From positions 9,115-73,114 of IMG/VR virus record IMGVR_UViG_3300006874_000013: DNA of 64,000 bases, one strand, 5' to 3'. Shown here piece by piece: positions 30,801 through 39,931 of this stretch (positions within the stretch are counted from its first letter, which is position 1; each line of letters starts with the position of its first letter). The DNA comes from a virus. Both the position numbers and the translations under genes were made by a program. The notes under the pieces are model-generated. The model saw only the letters and a program-made list of their open reading frames with translations. It did no database searches and was not told the DNA's origin.

Positions 30801-33800
30801 ACTTTGGCATTTATTACTGCTTCGCCTGAGAAACCTGTGCCGTCACCGTGTATGGTTACTGCTGGTGCTTGAGTATATCCAGAGCCAATGTTTGTAACAA
30901 CTGCTCTCACATTACCTTGTAGAATTGGTACTGCGGTTGCATTTTGTCCGCCTGTGCCTGTGATTGTCACAGTAGGTAAATTGTTACTTTCATAACCGCT
31001 ACCACGTTCTAAAATATTGATATTTAATATTTGACCAGTTACTGGGTCAACGTCCATGTCTCTGACTTCTGCTGTTGCTGTTGTTCCTGAACTAGGTGGA
31101 GTAATTGTTACTGTTACTGGATTAGTAGCATTGTAATCGCCGTTACTGTCAGGTCCAGTGTACAAATAATCTTGTCCTGGGTCGGTAATTGTAAAGCCCA
31201 CAATTTCAGCATCAAAAATATCTGTACGCACTGTAGCGCCTGTTCCACCACCACCGCCAAGTGACACATTAGCACGTTGGAAATTGTTGTCAGTGATAAT
31301 GTTTACGGTGCTTACATTACCTTCTATGTTTGCTGTAATGGTTGCACCTAAGTCTGGTGTTACTGTAACAGTAGGTGGTTCTGAGTATCCTGAGCCTGCA
31401 CTTGTAATTGTTAAGTTAGCAATACTAGTTGGGTTAAGAGATACATTACCTGATGTTACTGTAGCAACTACAGCGTCACGTTGTACTTTAGTACCAATGT
31501 TATCTATGATTTGTACAGCATCACCGTTACTGATAGTGCCTATAGACCCGGTTAATTGTACGGTGTTTCCATCACTGCTACTTACAATACTAGCACGTAA
31601 TCCAGACAACACTTGGCTTACAACTGGTTCTGTAGATATAATGTCATAACTGTTAAGAGGACCAATAGATTGAATTCTTGCTTCAATCTGCCTTGGTGCC
31701 TCAAAGCCTCTAACTTTGCTGGTTGCTTCTCTAATTATTCTTTCGTTGTTCCATACAACAATGTTATCATTTACATTTGCGTTTTGTAATGACAACACAA
31801 AATCTAAATATTTTCCAGTATTGATTTCGCCAATTTGGTTGCTGTCAATGTATGATATCAAACTGTAATTTGTAAACAGTGTTACATTGCCACTTTCACT
31901 TCTTTCTAGATAGTTTACTTTTTTACTTGCTGTTTCGCTTAATAAATTATCACCTGCAGGAATTAATTCGTATACGTTCCAATCTTCGTTTTCTGATTTA
32001 GCAACATGTATGTAATCATTTTGTTTTGGCTTGAATATAAAATCATCTCTGTATAAATCACTAATACTTTCTACATCAAATGCCAAGAAGTTAACATTCG
32101 CTGAGTTTACATAACCAGCATTACTAATTCTAGGATAGTTACTGTCTGTCATGCCAAATATATCAACGTTGGCTGTAGTTGGCCAAAGTTTGCTGATTTT
32201 ATCACCTTCTGGTTTCTTCAAGAATCTTGTAGCATCGTCAATATCAAATACTAGTATGTCTTTTGACGATGACGGCACAACATCATATGTTCGCTTGATT
32301 CCTACTCTAGGGGCAATACCTTCTTTAGCAGTTACTTTGATTCTCACTTTAGAATTAGGTAGATCACCAACAAAATTTTCAGTGAAAGTTAGTGTAGGTC
32401 TTTCTATAATTTGTATTACAGCATTTTCATCTAACGCATAATAAGTGTCACGTTGTTGTTCGTTTGCATCATAATCTCCTGGTGGATTAACTTTTGCTGT
32501 TAATACAGAATCAGGTAACAGACTAATATCATTAAAAGTAATACTGTTTGTAGCCAATGTAAACACATTACCATTTGAAACTAATGTACCATCTGAAGTG
32601 TATGTGCTAGGCGAATTATAAATTCTCACATTGTTTACAAAAACTTCAACGTATTTGTATTGGCTGTTGTCGCCTTTAACTAAATTAGATGGATCTATGT
32701 TTTGAGCACTATTAAATGCTAAAGATACACTGTTATTAACTAATTCAAATGCATTGTTGTCTGCATCAGCAATATTACTTGTATTAAGTGATGGATATTC
32801 TGCAAGTGTTGTAATTGAAAAATTAGAACCTTCGTCAAATGTCCAGTATATATCTAAAGGATTATTCGGATCAACTCTAGGTACATTTGCATCATCAACT
32901 TCCACAACTATATCATTTGCTGTAGTTGTATAAGTAGGATCTTCGTTTGCTAATGCGCCAACAAGACTAAATTTTTGTTGAGGTTGATATCTAGCATTAG
33001 TTATTCCAATGTTTGCGCCGTCTACCACAGTAAAATCACTACCTGATAAAGTAATAATATCTTTTGCAACTAAATCAATTACAGATGCGTTTGCATCAAG
33101 GTCTGTATAGTTTGTTATGCTACTTGCTGTGACATTAACGTTCAGACTAGTATTACTGTTAATTGCACTTGCAATATTTGCACCAGTAACGTTTGAAGTA
33201 CCGTCTGAATGTGTAACAGTAAGCCTAACAGTGCTTTCAGAAACATGATCTGTGATCTCAAATTCTGTAGAAGTTGTGTCAGTAATGTATGTATTACCAA
33301 TTGCTAATGCTTTGTCAAGCACAGTTTCTACTTCATTGATTAATACATTTGAAGCAACTACTCTTGCGGCTAATGCAGTTGGGTCATCATAACCTGAACC
33401 AGACTCCGTTACAATAATACTGTCTAATTTGTTATTGCTGTTTAACTTAGCAACTGCTGTTGCACGTTTTCCTTTAGGATTACTAGGCATTGATATTTCA
33501 ATCTCTGGTAATCTTTCGTAATTGTATCTTGCTTCGAACACATCTATGCGTTCAATACAATTAGTTGTACTTTGTGGATAATCTAATTTTATTAATTGAC
33601 TATTCTGTTTGAAGTCTGTTTTGTATAATTTAAGTTCAATGTTTTGCTTGTTTTTTGTATTACCAAAATCGCCTACACGTAATGCCCATTCGTCGTATAC
33701 AGTAATGTTGCCTTGGACAATACTGTTACTGTTAGCCAAACGTGTTAAACTTTCCTTAGTACCTTTATTCTGAATCATGCCTTGATAGAATTCAAACTGT

Positions 33801-36800
33801 TGTTCATCAAGCACATCAAGTTCTGTTAGATAACTTTTTTCTTGGTAGCCAAACAATGCTCTACTTTGTTCGTATAGTTGTTTTTCAACAGGCACAAATC
33901 CTAATTCATGATAGCGACCTAAACTTTCCGCCATATTATCTAAGTTTGGTCTAAGTTCGTCACCATCAATTATAAAGCCTTCTGAAAAGAATTTACCTGT
34001 CCAGTTCTTTGTTCTGTTTGCTTTGATCTTGATTCTCTTATGTCTTTGATCATATAAATTATCAAAGATTACATCAGCAAACACAGTTTGATTATCAAAC
34101 ACTAGTGCATGTTCAATTTCTTTTGTGAACAACATGCAACCATAAATTTGTTGTCCTAGCGGAGGAATAATTTCTATTTGAGACCCTTCTCTATTAATTT
34201 GGCATTTACCAGGATCAACAACTGCGCCTGTTTGATCTATGATAGAAAATTGATCTCTGTCAGTCCTATTAATCTTAGCAATAAAACCTCGAGGAGCAGT
34301 AAACAACAAACGTTTTGCAAGTGGTGATAATTCAATGGTATTACCTATTTCCCATTTACCTGTTGTCCAAAACAAAAATTGTTTGCCAGCATACATCCAG
34401 TCATTGACATCATTGATAGCACCGTCAAATTCTCCAAAGTCAAAACCTTCCTGATTATTATAAGCACCTAGGCCTATTAATAAGTCAAAAACTTCTTGTA
34501 TAGTTTCAAATTCTGTATCATAGTATACTCTAACTGGTACTGATTTTCTAACTTGATACAATGCCGCTTCTGCACCATTTTTCTGTGGTAATTTACTTAA
34601 TGTATTCCAATACTGTGGATCAAAATTTGTACCAGATGTAACATTTAGTTTTGCTCTAAAGTAACTTCTATTATACTCAACTATTGTGCCTTTAGGATAA
34701 CTTTGTTCTGGTGCCCATTTAACATGTGGTGCTGGTTCGCCACCAACAGAAATTAACGATTTAGGACTCTTAGGATCAACTGGTAATACATTAAAGTATC
34801 CTCTGTTTTTATCGTACCCTCTTACAATATACCCACCAGCACTTTTTTCAATAATAATGCCGCTATAAAAATTCCTTGATTTATAATTACTACTATGTAG
34901 GTTGACATTTATATTCTCTTGTGGTATAATTAAACTTGTAGCATTACCGTCATTACTATATTGGTCTGTTCTAGCAACCATGGTGTCTTTATCAATGAAG
35001 CCACTCATTCTCTGTGCTAAATTGGTATTCAGGGTTCTCATTTTAGTTGCAAAGTCATCTACAATGCTGAGATTTTGAAACTTTAACCATGTGTATATAA
35101 ATTGTGTATAACCAATTGCTGTTATGAAATTTTTATTTTGATCTAGTTCGCCATGTATATGGAATTCCGTTGGATCATAAAACTTCCAAAACTCTCCAGT
35201 ATTTTTATTGAGAATATATTCTTTGTTACAACTAGGCCTTGTTAAAGAAATTGGATTACTAAAGAAAGTAGCAAACAATCCTGGTTTGGATAATAGCAGT
35301 GCCTCCGACATTGCAAAAGGAAATTCTTCTGTGTTCCTCCACGCATACTCTGCTGGACTGCAATCACCAAATGACCATTTACCAGAAATACCGGTTGTGC
35401 TAACCACTGAAGTATTTAATGTGCTTCTTATATAATAATCAGCATCTTGATTTATATACCCATTATTTTTGTTATTGTCTGTTTCATCTATAACTACTTC
35501 TAATATAGCTCTGTAGCCATCACCTTGTATAGTTGCTAATGCTTCAGTGTAACCTGAGCCGGAATTTGTGATTGTAATTGCTTGTATAGCACCATCAACA
35601 ATAGTTGCAGTAGCAGTAGCACCACTTCCGTTGCCAGTAATTGCAACTGTTGCGTTAGTGTACTGCCCACCTTTGTTTTTGATTTTTATTTCTTTTATTA
35701 AACCTGTATCAGGAGCATTTGAATAAAAACAATTTTGATAAACATTATTACCTGAAGTTCCTTGCCCTGAACTTCCGCCTACATGGAAAGGGAAAACAGG
35801 TTTGTTGTTTTCATCTACTGTGGCAACATAAAATCTAATAGGTGTATTCGGTGATTCTGGTGTACGTGCATATCTAACATTATATTCATCAACATACTCG
35901 TCACCACTGCCGGCAGTTGGTTCCCAGTCTTCTATAAATTGACCAGTGTAAGCACCACCTGGACCAGATTGTCTTGTACCTGATCTCACTGCCCATTTAG
36001 ATTTAATTCTCACAATACTGTTTGAGTCTATACCTTGAGCACCACCGTATCCATATGGACCATAAATAGGCAGACCATCTAATGCCCAACCTACTATTGG
36101 GGAGTGTTCAGTTGTACTCCACTCAGTTAATCCTGCTACACGTGGACTAAAGACATGATAGTGTAAAATGCCGTCCTCAACACTTGCATGACCTGAATCC
36201 GGATCATGATTTTTTGTAACAGTTGAGTAATGCCATTCACCTTCGCCTTTCCAACTTTCTTCTGATTTAATATTGTATACCGGTATACCATTTACTGCCA
36301 CAGCAACAGGACCCTTGCCTTGCTTTTGTGAATTGCCTGTAGGAGGTATATTTGCTAAATCTCTTTTTGGAATAGTGTAACTTACAGCATCAAATTCAAT
36401 TGACTCGCCATCTAGTGTGGCGTGTCCAGAATGTTCGTAGTGTAACCCGTCTAGTGTATGATTAGGTATAGTATGACTTTGTACATACAAATTACCGCTA
36501 TCTAGTGAAACTGATACACCGTCGTTTCTAGCAAATGATGTTACTTGAATATCTGTAAGGGCATTTACAAATTCGTTATTCCATTGCTTTGTTAGTGTTG
36601 TGGTATCTGTAGAAATAATATCAGCAGGTGCAATCAAGTCGCCGTTGCTGTCAACTGGAATTACTTCATGCAGTCCAATTCTTCTAAAGGGGTTGTTCTT
36701 CTTGAACGCATCATTGTGAATATTTGCTCTAGGGCCTTTTCTTATTATGCCTTGCTCTAAATCATTCCATAATTTTTCATTGGTAGGAGAATAATCTATA

Positions 36801-39800
36801 ATAGGACTTACTTTGTTTGTATCGCCCGAAGCATACAAAGCATATTCGCTGTCCCACCATATAGGCTTTTCTGTAAAGCCTAACATTTCCCATGGATGAG
36901 TATTTGGTTTAATGGTATCGTAGTAATACAAATAGAAGCCTTTCCAATGCCCTGGTATTAAACCTGTATTTGCATAGTTCCATGTAAATTTATTATTTTC
37001 ATCATAGAATTCATTGACTGTACCATCGAGATTATTTCTCTGCAACCAACTAGAGTATGAACTTATCATCAAGTCATTGAACTCTTTATACTCTAATGAT
37101 GTTTTTCTAAATTCGCCATTTTGTGAACTAAACACACTATGTTCTGGCATGCTGTTATTAGTTCTAAACTCTGCTTTAGCACTGTTAAATATTCTCTTTT
37201 CAAATTCTAATAACAAGTCATCACGTAAGTCTCCCTTGATAGGTGTCTCACTTCCGTCATGGCCTATAATAACCTTTAAGGGTTGAGAGAAACTCTTGTC
37301 TATTGTAATTTCAGGTTTGAACAGTGGATATAATCCCATTGTGCTTGGAGTAGGAGGACATTGAGCACTATCTCTTTCTGCATCGTATAACTTAAATAAA
37401 ACAGTATCACCAGAACTCAAATTAACACTGTCTTGTATTGTAATGGTTAAAGGTTCAAACGAACTTATTACATAATCGTGATCAACAGTTAATAATTTTT
37501 GATTTAGAAATACCAATAAACTGTGTTCAAGTTTGTCTAGGTCTGCATCATATACACTTGTAAATGTCTTATCTGCAGGCGTACTTGGAATGCCAACTAA
37601 AAATTCTTCTTCTTTGTAATTGTCACCATATGGCAAAATATATGTTCTATTAAATACATCTCTGCCTACTTTGTAACTTTGTGTATTTCGAATAACTTGT
37701 TCTAAAATATCACTGACAGCAATACCATCTGTATCTTTGGTATCATAGTATTTGTTAATTTCATTTTTGATTCTGTTTTTGAATTTCACATACTCAGCTC
37801 TATTAAATTTCAAAGCATCTATTAAGTTGTGTGGTTGATCATCAAGTAAAAATGAACCTAGTATAACATTTTGATCAGTGTTTACAATTTTGTTTGCAAA
37901 TGTATCACTTTTAACAATACTATCAGAATTATTTGAACCAAATTTTAATCCAGAGAAACCTTCTTGGTTGCTCATGTAATCACTAAAGTGTTCCATATAT
38001 TGTGGCTGACTTATACCAACAATATCTTGTTTTAGTACATTGTTTTTCCAACCAATTGGTAATTCGTATTTAGAAATATTTTGATCGTCAATTAATCCTA
38101 CTTCTGAATTTACACTGATTTCTAAAATATCATTTGCTGAATATGGAATAGAATCTAGTCGTATAAAACCTTTGTTGGTGCTAAAGTATTGAAAGCCTGT
38201 GATTTCATCACCGTTAAGTGTAACTGTAATTTCGTAGCCGCTACTAAATTTAGGATTGCTTTTTGGTTCAGCACCAATATAAAAATCTTTTATTTGTCTA
38301 TCAACAACTGCTTGTGGTAAAGAATATGTAGAAACAATTTTTTGTACATTAGGTTCTGAAACATGTTTCCAATGTGCATGATATTCTACAACTTTTTTGT
38401 TTAACTTGTAAAATTTGTAACCACTGATGTTTTTGCTTGAGTTGCCACCAAACGGAATAAAATTATAGTTACCTGTTTTTTGAAAATTTTCAAACAGTAT
38501 TTCTGAACTAGATTTGAATTGCTTGTATACTAACGGAAACCCAAGCTCTATATCAGAAACCAAACTTACACTTGTGTTACTTTCCCCGGTAGGAATGCTA
38601 GTTGCATAACCAAAGATTTTGTTTCCTGTAAAGTTGTTCTGAGGATATAAATCACTATCACCTAAATATTGTCCTTTGTTATCATAGAGATTAAATAAAG
38701 GCTCTTGATTAATTTTTGATTTGTGCTGTGCTTGTACCCAACCTACACTAGTCCAGACATATTCGGAACCAAGATATTTTGAACCTGAATCTACGCAAAC
38801 AACATCACCAACTACTGGCGTCATTGGTATAAAATTATCATCGCCGTCAACTGCGCCTGCTGGATTATTTAATGCTGGAACTCTAGATAGTGTAACAAAT
38901 GCTTGTGCGTTTGAGCCTTGATAGATGTATTGTGAAACTTCCTTATCTTCATTAGGAAAGATCATATATGCATTTGATACATCTACTGAATCAACTAATT
39001 GTCCTGTTTTAAGTCCCTTTACGTCAGCAATTGAGAAATCAGCCACAGAAACATTTACAGTGTAAAGTAATTTCTCTCCATGCTTGTATAATTCTAATTC
39101 TTTATCAAACTCTATAATAGGTCTATTTGCACGTTTGGTTTTTTCTGGTATTGAATCGCCAGCATCTCTGAAATTTTCTATGTGGTACCAATGATTAACT
39201 CTACTCCAAGCGTTTTTATTAGTAGCACCACGCTCCTGAATTAAGTAATCTTTTTCCCAATCTACTGATGTATCAAGTCTATAAGATACAGGATTGTTTG
39301 ATGTTATTTCAGTTAATTTTATTGCATCGCCAACACCAGATACAATAAATGTTTTGCTAGTTTCTGTTGCTGGAATGACATAGTTGCCTGAGAACTCTAC
39401 CTTCATTCCGTTTCTCATAGACTTACCATTAGGCAATGTATAAGTTTTTTTACCAAGTATGTCTAAGTCTATATCTATATAATCAGATGCTGTACCAGTT
39501 ATTGTGATTACCGATGGTCCTTCTGGTACCCAATAATATTCTTGGTAATTAATAAATTTGTCAACATTTATAGGAGGTAAAAATGTACTATATCTATCTG
39601 AAAATAATTTATTATGGTTTTTTGTCTGTACACCATAACTTTTTAATAAGTCTATAAACTCATCATAAAAAATTAAATTTTCTGGCTTGTTAGTATCTGA
39701 TGTTTTTGTACTAACTGTAGGCGATAAACTATAGAAACGTTTTGACGCAGTAGGGTGTATAATATATGCACCTTCTACATCATGGTCTTCGCCACGTTGG

Positions 39801-39931
39801 CTACCAATAAACCCTTTGACTAATTCAACATTAGCCTTGCTGAATAATTGCTCAACAGTGTTATCAAAGAAATTTTTGATAGCATTAGTTTGATGTATAA
39901 CTGGTAACTTTTTATAAATCTTATCAGCCAT
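24815..39931 (-). CDS. Giant baseplate wedge-like protein (5038 aa) with YHYH, GSGY-type repeats, PA14/GLEYA-like and C-terminal Hint domains
   Basis: Coupled to gp6 (TAATG); PPINVDKFINYQEYYW and NAWSRVNHWYH N-terminal motifs; position equivalent to T4 gp7; domain motifs visible in the translation. Confidence 0.8.
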   Translation of the reverse strand: MADKIYKKLPVIHQTNAIKNFFDNTVEQLFSKANVELVKGFIGSQRGEDHDVEGAYIIHPTASKRFYSLSPTVSTKTSDTNKPENLIFYDEFIDLLKSYGVQTKNHNKLFSDRYSTFLPPINVDKFINYQEYYWVPEGPSVITITGTASDYIDIDLDILGKKTYTLPNGKSMRNGMKVEFSGNYVIPATETSKTFIVSGVGDAIKLTEITSNNPVSYRLDTSVDWEKDYLIQERGATNKNAWSRVNHWYHIENFRDAGDSIPEKTKRANRPIIEFDKELELYKHGEKLLYTVNVSVADFSIADVKGLKTGQLVDSVDVSNAYMIFPNEDKEVSQYIYQGSNAQAFVTLSRVPALNNPAGAVDGDDNFIPMTPVVGDVVCVDSGSKYLGSEYVWTSVGWVQAQHKSKINQEPLFNLYDNKGQYLGDSDLYPQNNFTGNKIFGYATSIPTGESNTSVSLVSDIELGFPLVYKQFKSSSEILFENFQKTGNYNFIPFGGNSSKNISGYKFYKLNKKVVEYHAHWKHVSEPNVQKIVSTYSLPQAVVDRQIKDFYIGAEPKSNPKFSSGYEITVTLNGDEITGFQYFSTNKGFIRLDSIPYSANDILEISVNSEVGLIDDQNISKYELPIGWKNNVLKQDIVGISQPQYMEHFSDYMSNQEGFSGLKFGSNNSDSIVKSDTFANKIVNTDQNVILGSFLLDDQPHNLIDALKFNRAEYVKFKNRIKNEINKYYDTKDTDGIAVSDILEQVIRNTQSYKVGRDVFNRTYILPYGDNYKEEEFLVGIPSTPADKTFTSVYDADLDKLEHSLLVFLNQKLLTVDHDYVISSFEPLTITIQDSVNLSSGDTVLFKLYDAERDSAQCPPTPSTMGLYPLFKPEITIDKSFSQPLKVIIGHDGSETPIKGDLRDDLLLEFEKRIFNSAKAEFRTNNSMPEHSVFSSQNGEFRKTSLEYKEFNDLMISSYSSWLQRNNLDGTVNEFYDENNKFTWNYANTGLIPGHWKGFYLYYYDTIKPNTHPWEMLGFTEKPIWWDSEYALYASGDTNKVSPIIDYSPTNEKLWNDLEQGIIRKGPRANIHNDAFKKNNPFRRIGLHEVIPVDSNGDLIAPADIISTDTTTLTKQWNNEFVNALTDIQVTSFARNDGVSVSLDSGNLYVQSHTIPNHTLDGLHYEHSGHATLDGESIEFDAVSYTIPKRDLANIPPTGNSQKQGKGPVAVAVNGIPVYNIKSEESWKGEGEWHYSTVTKNHDPDSGHASVEDGILHYHVFSPRVAGLTEWSTTEHSPIVGWALDGLPIYGPYGYGGAQGIDSNSIVRIKSKWAVRSGTRQSGPGGAYTGQFIEDWEPTAGSGDEYVDEYNVRYARTPESPNTPIRFYVATVDENNKPVFPFHVGGSSGQGTSGNNVYQNCFYSNAPDTGLIKEIKIKNKGGQYTNATVAITGNGSGATATATIVDGAIQAITITNSGSGYTEALATIQGDGYRAILEVVIDETDNNKNNGYINQDADYYIRSTLNTSVVSTTGISGKWSFGDCSPAEYAWRNTEEFPFAMSEALLLSKPGLFATFFSNPISLTRPSCNKEYILNKNTGEFWKFYDPTEFHIHGELDQNKNFITAIGYTQFIYTWLKFQNLSIVDDFATKMRTLNTNLAQRMSGFIDKDTMVARTDQYSNDGNATSLIIPQENINVNLHSSNYKSRNFYSGIIIEKSAGGYIVRGYDKNRGYFNVLPVDPKSPKSLISVGGEPAPHVKWAPEQSYPKGTIVEYNRSYFRAKLNVTSGTNFDPQYWNTLSKLPQKNGAEAALYQVRKSVPVRVYYDTEFETIQEVFDLLIGLGAYNNQEGFDFGEFDGAINDVNDWMYAGKQFLFWTTGKWEIGNTIELSPLAKRLLFTAPRGFIAKINRTDRDQFSIIDQTGAVVDPGKCQINREGSQIEIIPPLGQQIYGCMLFTKEIEHALVFDNQTVFADVIFDNLYDQRHKRIKIKANRTKNWTGKFFSEGFIIDGDELRPNLDNMAESLGRYHELGFVPVEKQLYEQSRALFGYQEKSYLTELDVLDEQQFEFYQGMIQNKGTKESLTRLANSNSIVQGNITVYDEWALRVGDFGNTKNKQNIELKLYKTDFKQNSQLIKLDYPQSTTNCIERIDVFEARYNYERLPEIEISMPSNPKGKRATAVAKLNSNNKLDSIIVTESGSGYDDPTALAARVVASNVLINEVETVLDKALAIGNTYITDTTSTEFEITDHVSESTVRLTVTHSDGTSNVTGANIASAINSNTSLNVNVTASSITNYTDLDANASVIDLVAKDIITLSGSDFTVVDGANIGITNARYQPQQKFSLVGALANEDPTYTTTANDIVVEVDDANVPRVDPNNPLDIYWTFDEGSNFSITTLAEYPSLNTSNIADADNNAFELVNNSVSLAFNSAQNIDPSNLVKGDNSQYKYVEVFVNNVRIYNSPSTYTSDGTLVSNGNVFTLATNSITFNDISLLPDSVLTAKVNPPGDYDANEQQRDTYYALDENAVIQIIERPTLTFTENFVGDLPNSKVRIKVTAKEGIAPRVGIKRTYDVVPSSSKDILVFDIDDATRFLKKPEGDKISKLWPTTANVDIFGMTDSNYPRISNAGYVNSANVNFLAFDVESISDLYRDDFIFKPKQNDYIHVAKSENEDWNVYELIPAGDNLLSETASKKVNYLERSESGNVTLFTNYSLISYIDSNQIGEINTGKYLDFVLSLQNANVNDNIVVWNNERIIREATSKVRGFEAPRQIEARIQSIGPLNSYDIISTEPVVSQVLSGLRASIVSSSDGNTVQLTGSIGTISNGDAVQIIDNIGTKVQRDAVVATVTSGNVSLNPTSIANLTITSAGSGYSEPPTVTVTPDLGATITANIEGNVSTVNIITDNNFQRANVSLGGGGGTGATVRTDIFDAEIVGFTITDPGQDYLYTGPDSNGDYNATNPVTVTITPPSSGTTATAEVRDMDVDPVTGQILNINILERGSGYESNNLPTVTITGTGGQNATAVPILQGNVRAVVTNIGSGYTQAPAVTIHGDGTGFSGEAVINAKVTALNVVNGGVGFTSTPTISISGSATATPNMNFGNAEIDQNILDDSSGSFANTSITVTGSINVDTQFGLPSDANTATIAKIQSLFTKTHKLIGYSQNPTNALLHINEPLLEDANVVSNINNLAFVIKSYKDYSSDTGRYHIVSNVTQRSFTITRPNSVAGNALSVRHLNNTKLVTRNPDLPLSDNDIVRVFANNFEGMFRVKSSENGNITIPSPFTFGYQSGTITTEGIKIKTVSDHGISPLYAEYGKRIAVHFASPKAYNQIYSINKVTPKELYINNRWAKSTTTQIYYDHKIGTINGSVPYESGNINADFANSTNSIGLTRSTDLTETVVKYSSNAEIVNPRFVSIVEDGSVCVIHPDALPSDTQISIDVDVQRDMGRNILYPQLSTVDQGVVTLKGSQQHLTSYLNPQALENDLNRTIKLKQSFTDPTSMTTVNPKTGLPSMQLKIPMLKSPWIPVVGDTPAPLIHDYGPYVLSTEALNSIQENSVTGSMVIGSEDESRIDPNFYKGPIQSGPVYGLRYVKDDINYIWDNEIQMYVPEETIVKDGVIVNDKQEPRIPPMPEFHVGTYMQTNNLDYINEDLVLKQIPGSANSSRSWRPGRKQQTYNMLDKKTFTAGSDSISIPTYRLRAIKNENVFLIYQAVQNSDNHVYYIKLDESNPPNIDHDFNATLNRYADFGQYDTTDYYWRNEILPSIDSDNKITEPKDPIRLRKTKNIVNLKAVEPAAYVGPQLIPEPFALAGGNNSDRIANFTALPSGTQAKLSTYIDYPIGEPGGILPGGAEGEEIYVPQTGFGQFLLWTPGLAPGQWAPTSGGPGSVDNETLGYGSGYYQAGDDHDALDYPDVSDLTYDKPISRFKYSRRFTVNPPVFNVDRRLYEINGVRYTEEDLTGLQPDSRSREGDSNQAFWDGIFEDINGVDREIDYNFFFDEEWWDYLEIDEVVSDGVANENDNDEDNTLLRPEHIFVACFWTEPFTYVDQITGYNYDQLDADGNPAPIYSDYDGTVVRVKYIRLTELPPNAITRRLIPDTGWAGKGWNNVTVDYAINQSGAILTPDDVDSYIDQFDPVETGSASTGDDDTLVVDLPALTRSATPIPVAGSTQNYSLSNTRLLSSGELEQQLGFQSVPTVEGGAPVNTLAKITQAPGPCLAIETPDDPTPPGTTAPGVCTEKETQYFFEEMNDGLEGKSNPTGSVNTTDAGRSFTTQLMLNTLTNCQAFFDSNQYGFGGDMQFFFSKTVEIATSGSIDVFLNSHVENDTIKAKPWGNATGYVLWQSKQPLFGSSKVMTNHLDLGAWLADPDTRLLKTTMNNANDIPTRNGDQISRYGVDQNLTSGANRYTQVDAIFDTNDKGLHTYDNVENISNNETRLYNDLTFTRLISELNDDDISVKWSDWDSDLATEMTGKGFNENNEFGFNGIGYIRALNVDCNKGKYITLWMVPSLSDTAGNTLRDVNGSYANDYSHAYNYFEAADDTADGPSIIRNQAVIRFVGEKPDDYVPPGPSCDDTNRPSRAYRNGAVLKGWKALRDDNNSAQDAKHGEDWWGSKREVDNVYWPYHDLYISPSYFKSFSNSNIWKPWRTRTAGSAPIVNRTVKSFHKYNSGQGQHSYELKGYMFAPHTGVYYFSGWGDDQLIVYLSSGPPEPDLDIWNAYPNYISGGFKNYARIGVPDDGSGPSPSGGDAAPGTFKEWFTDDGFNADNGYNYISTANVAHNGCWTDRLESSKENVANGPAHNWLMKTGWTTTDETKANWWNQWSQHRKAVYLEANKFYFIRLMFSNRGGPGHYGLMWTCNRAQGGNISGYPIFGGFSCEDDAPPSDGTPPGQNSGGGGGCFTGHMKVTMADGTQKEIKDVVKGDAVKSYDNNTNEIVNATVEELMVPRTCNIYELTLDDGTVIETTADHPFRTADGKWANIDPNFVQEDMQYVTGLDSTEQAEKLEIGRELHGLVDNAVVTNIVNTGKTDTVYHLCDVGEYHNYFVEDMCVHNSATLEDGNEKQKR
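24857..25318 (-). other. Hint (intein-like) domain, 154 aa, without homing endonuclease
   Basis: Block A CFTGHMKVTMADG, block B TTADHPF, terminal HNYFVEDMCVHN followed by Ser. Confidence 0.92.

Noticed and set aside
30700-31420. GSGY/PTVTI repeats in the giant proteins as a novel repeat
   Set aside because: A common repeat type in virion proteins of T4-like marine phages; not unusual on its own.
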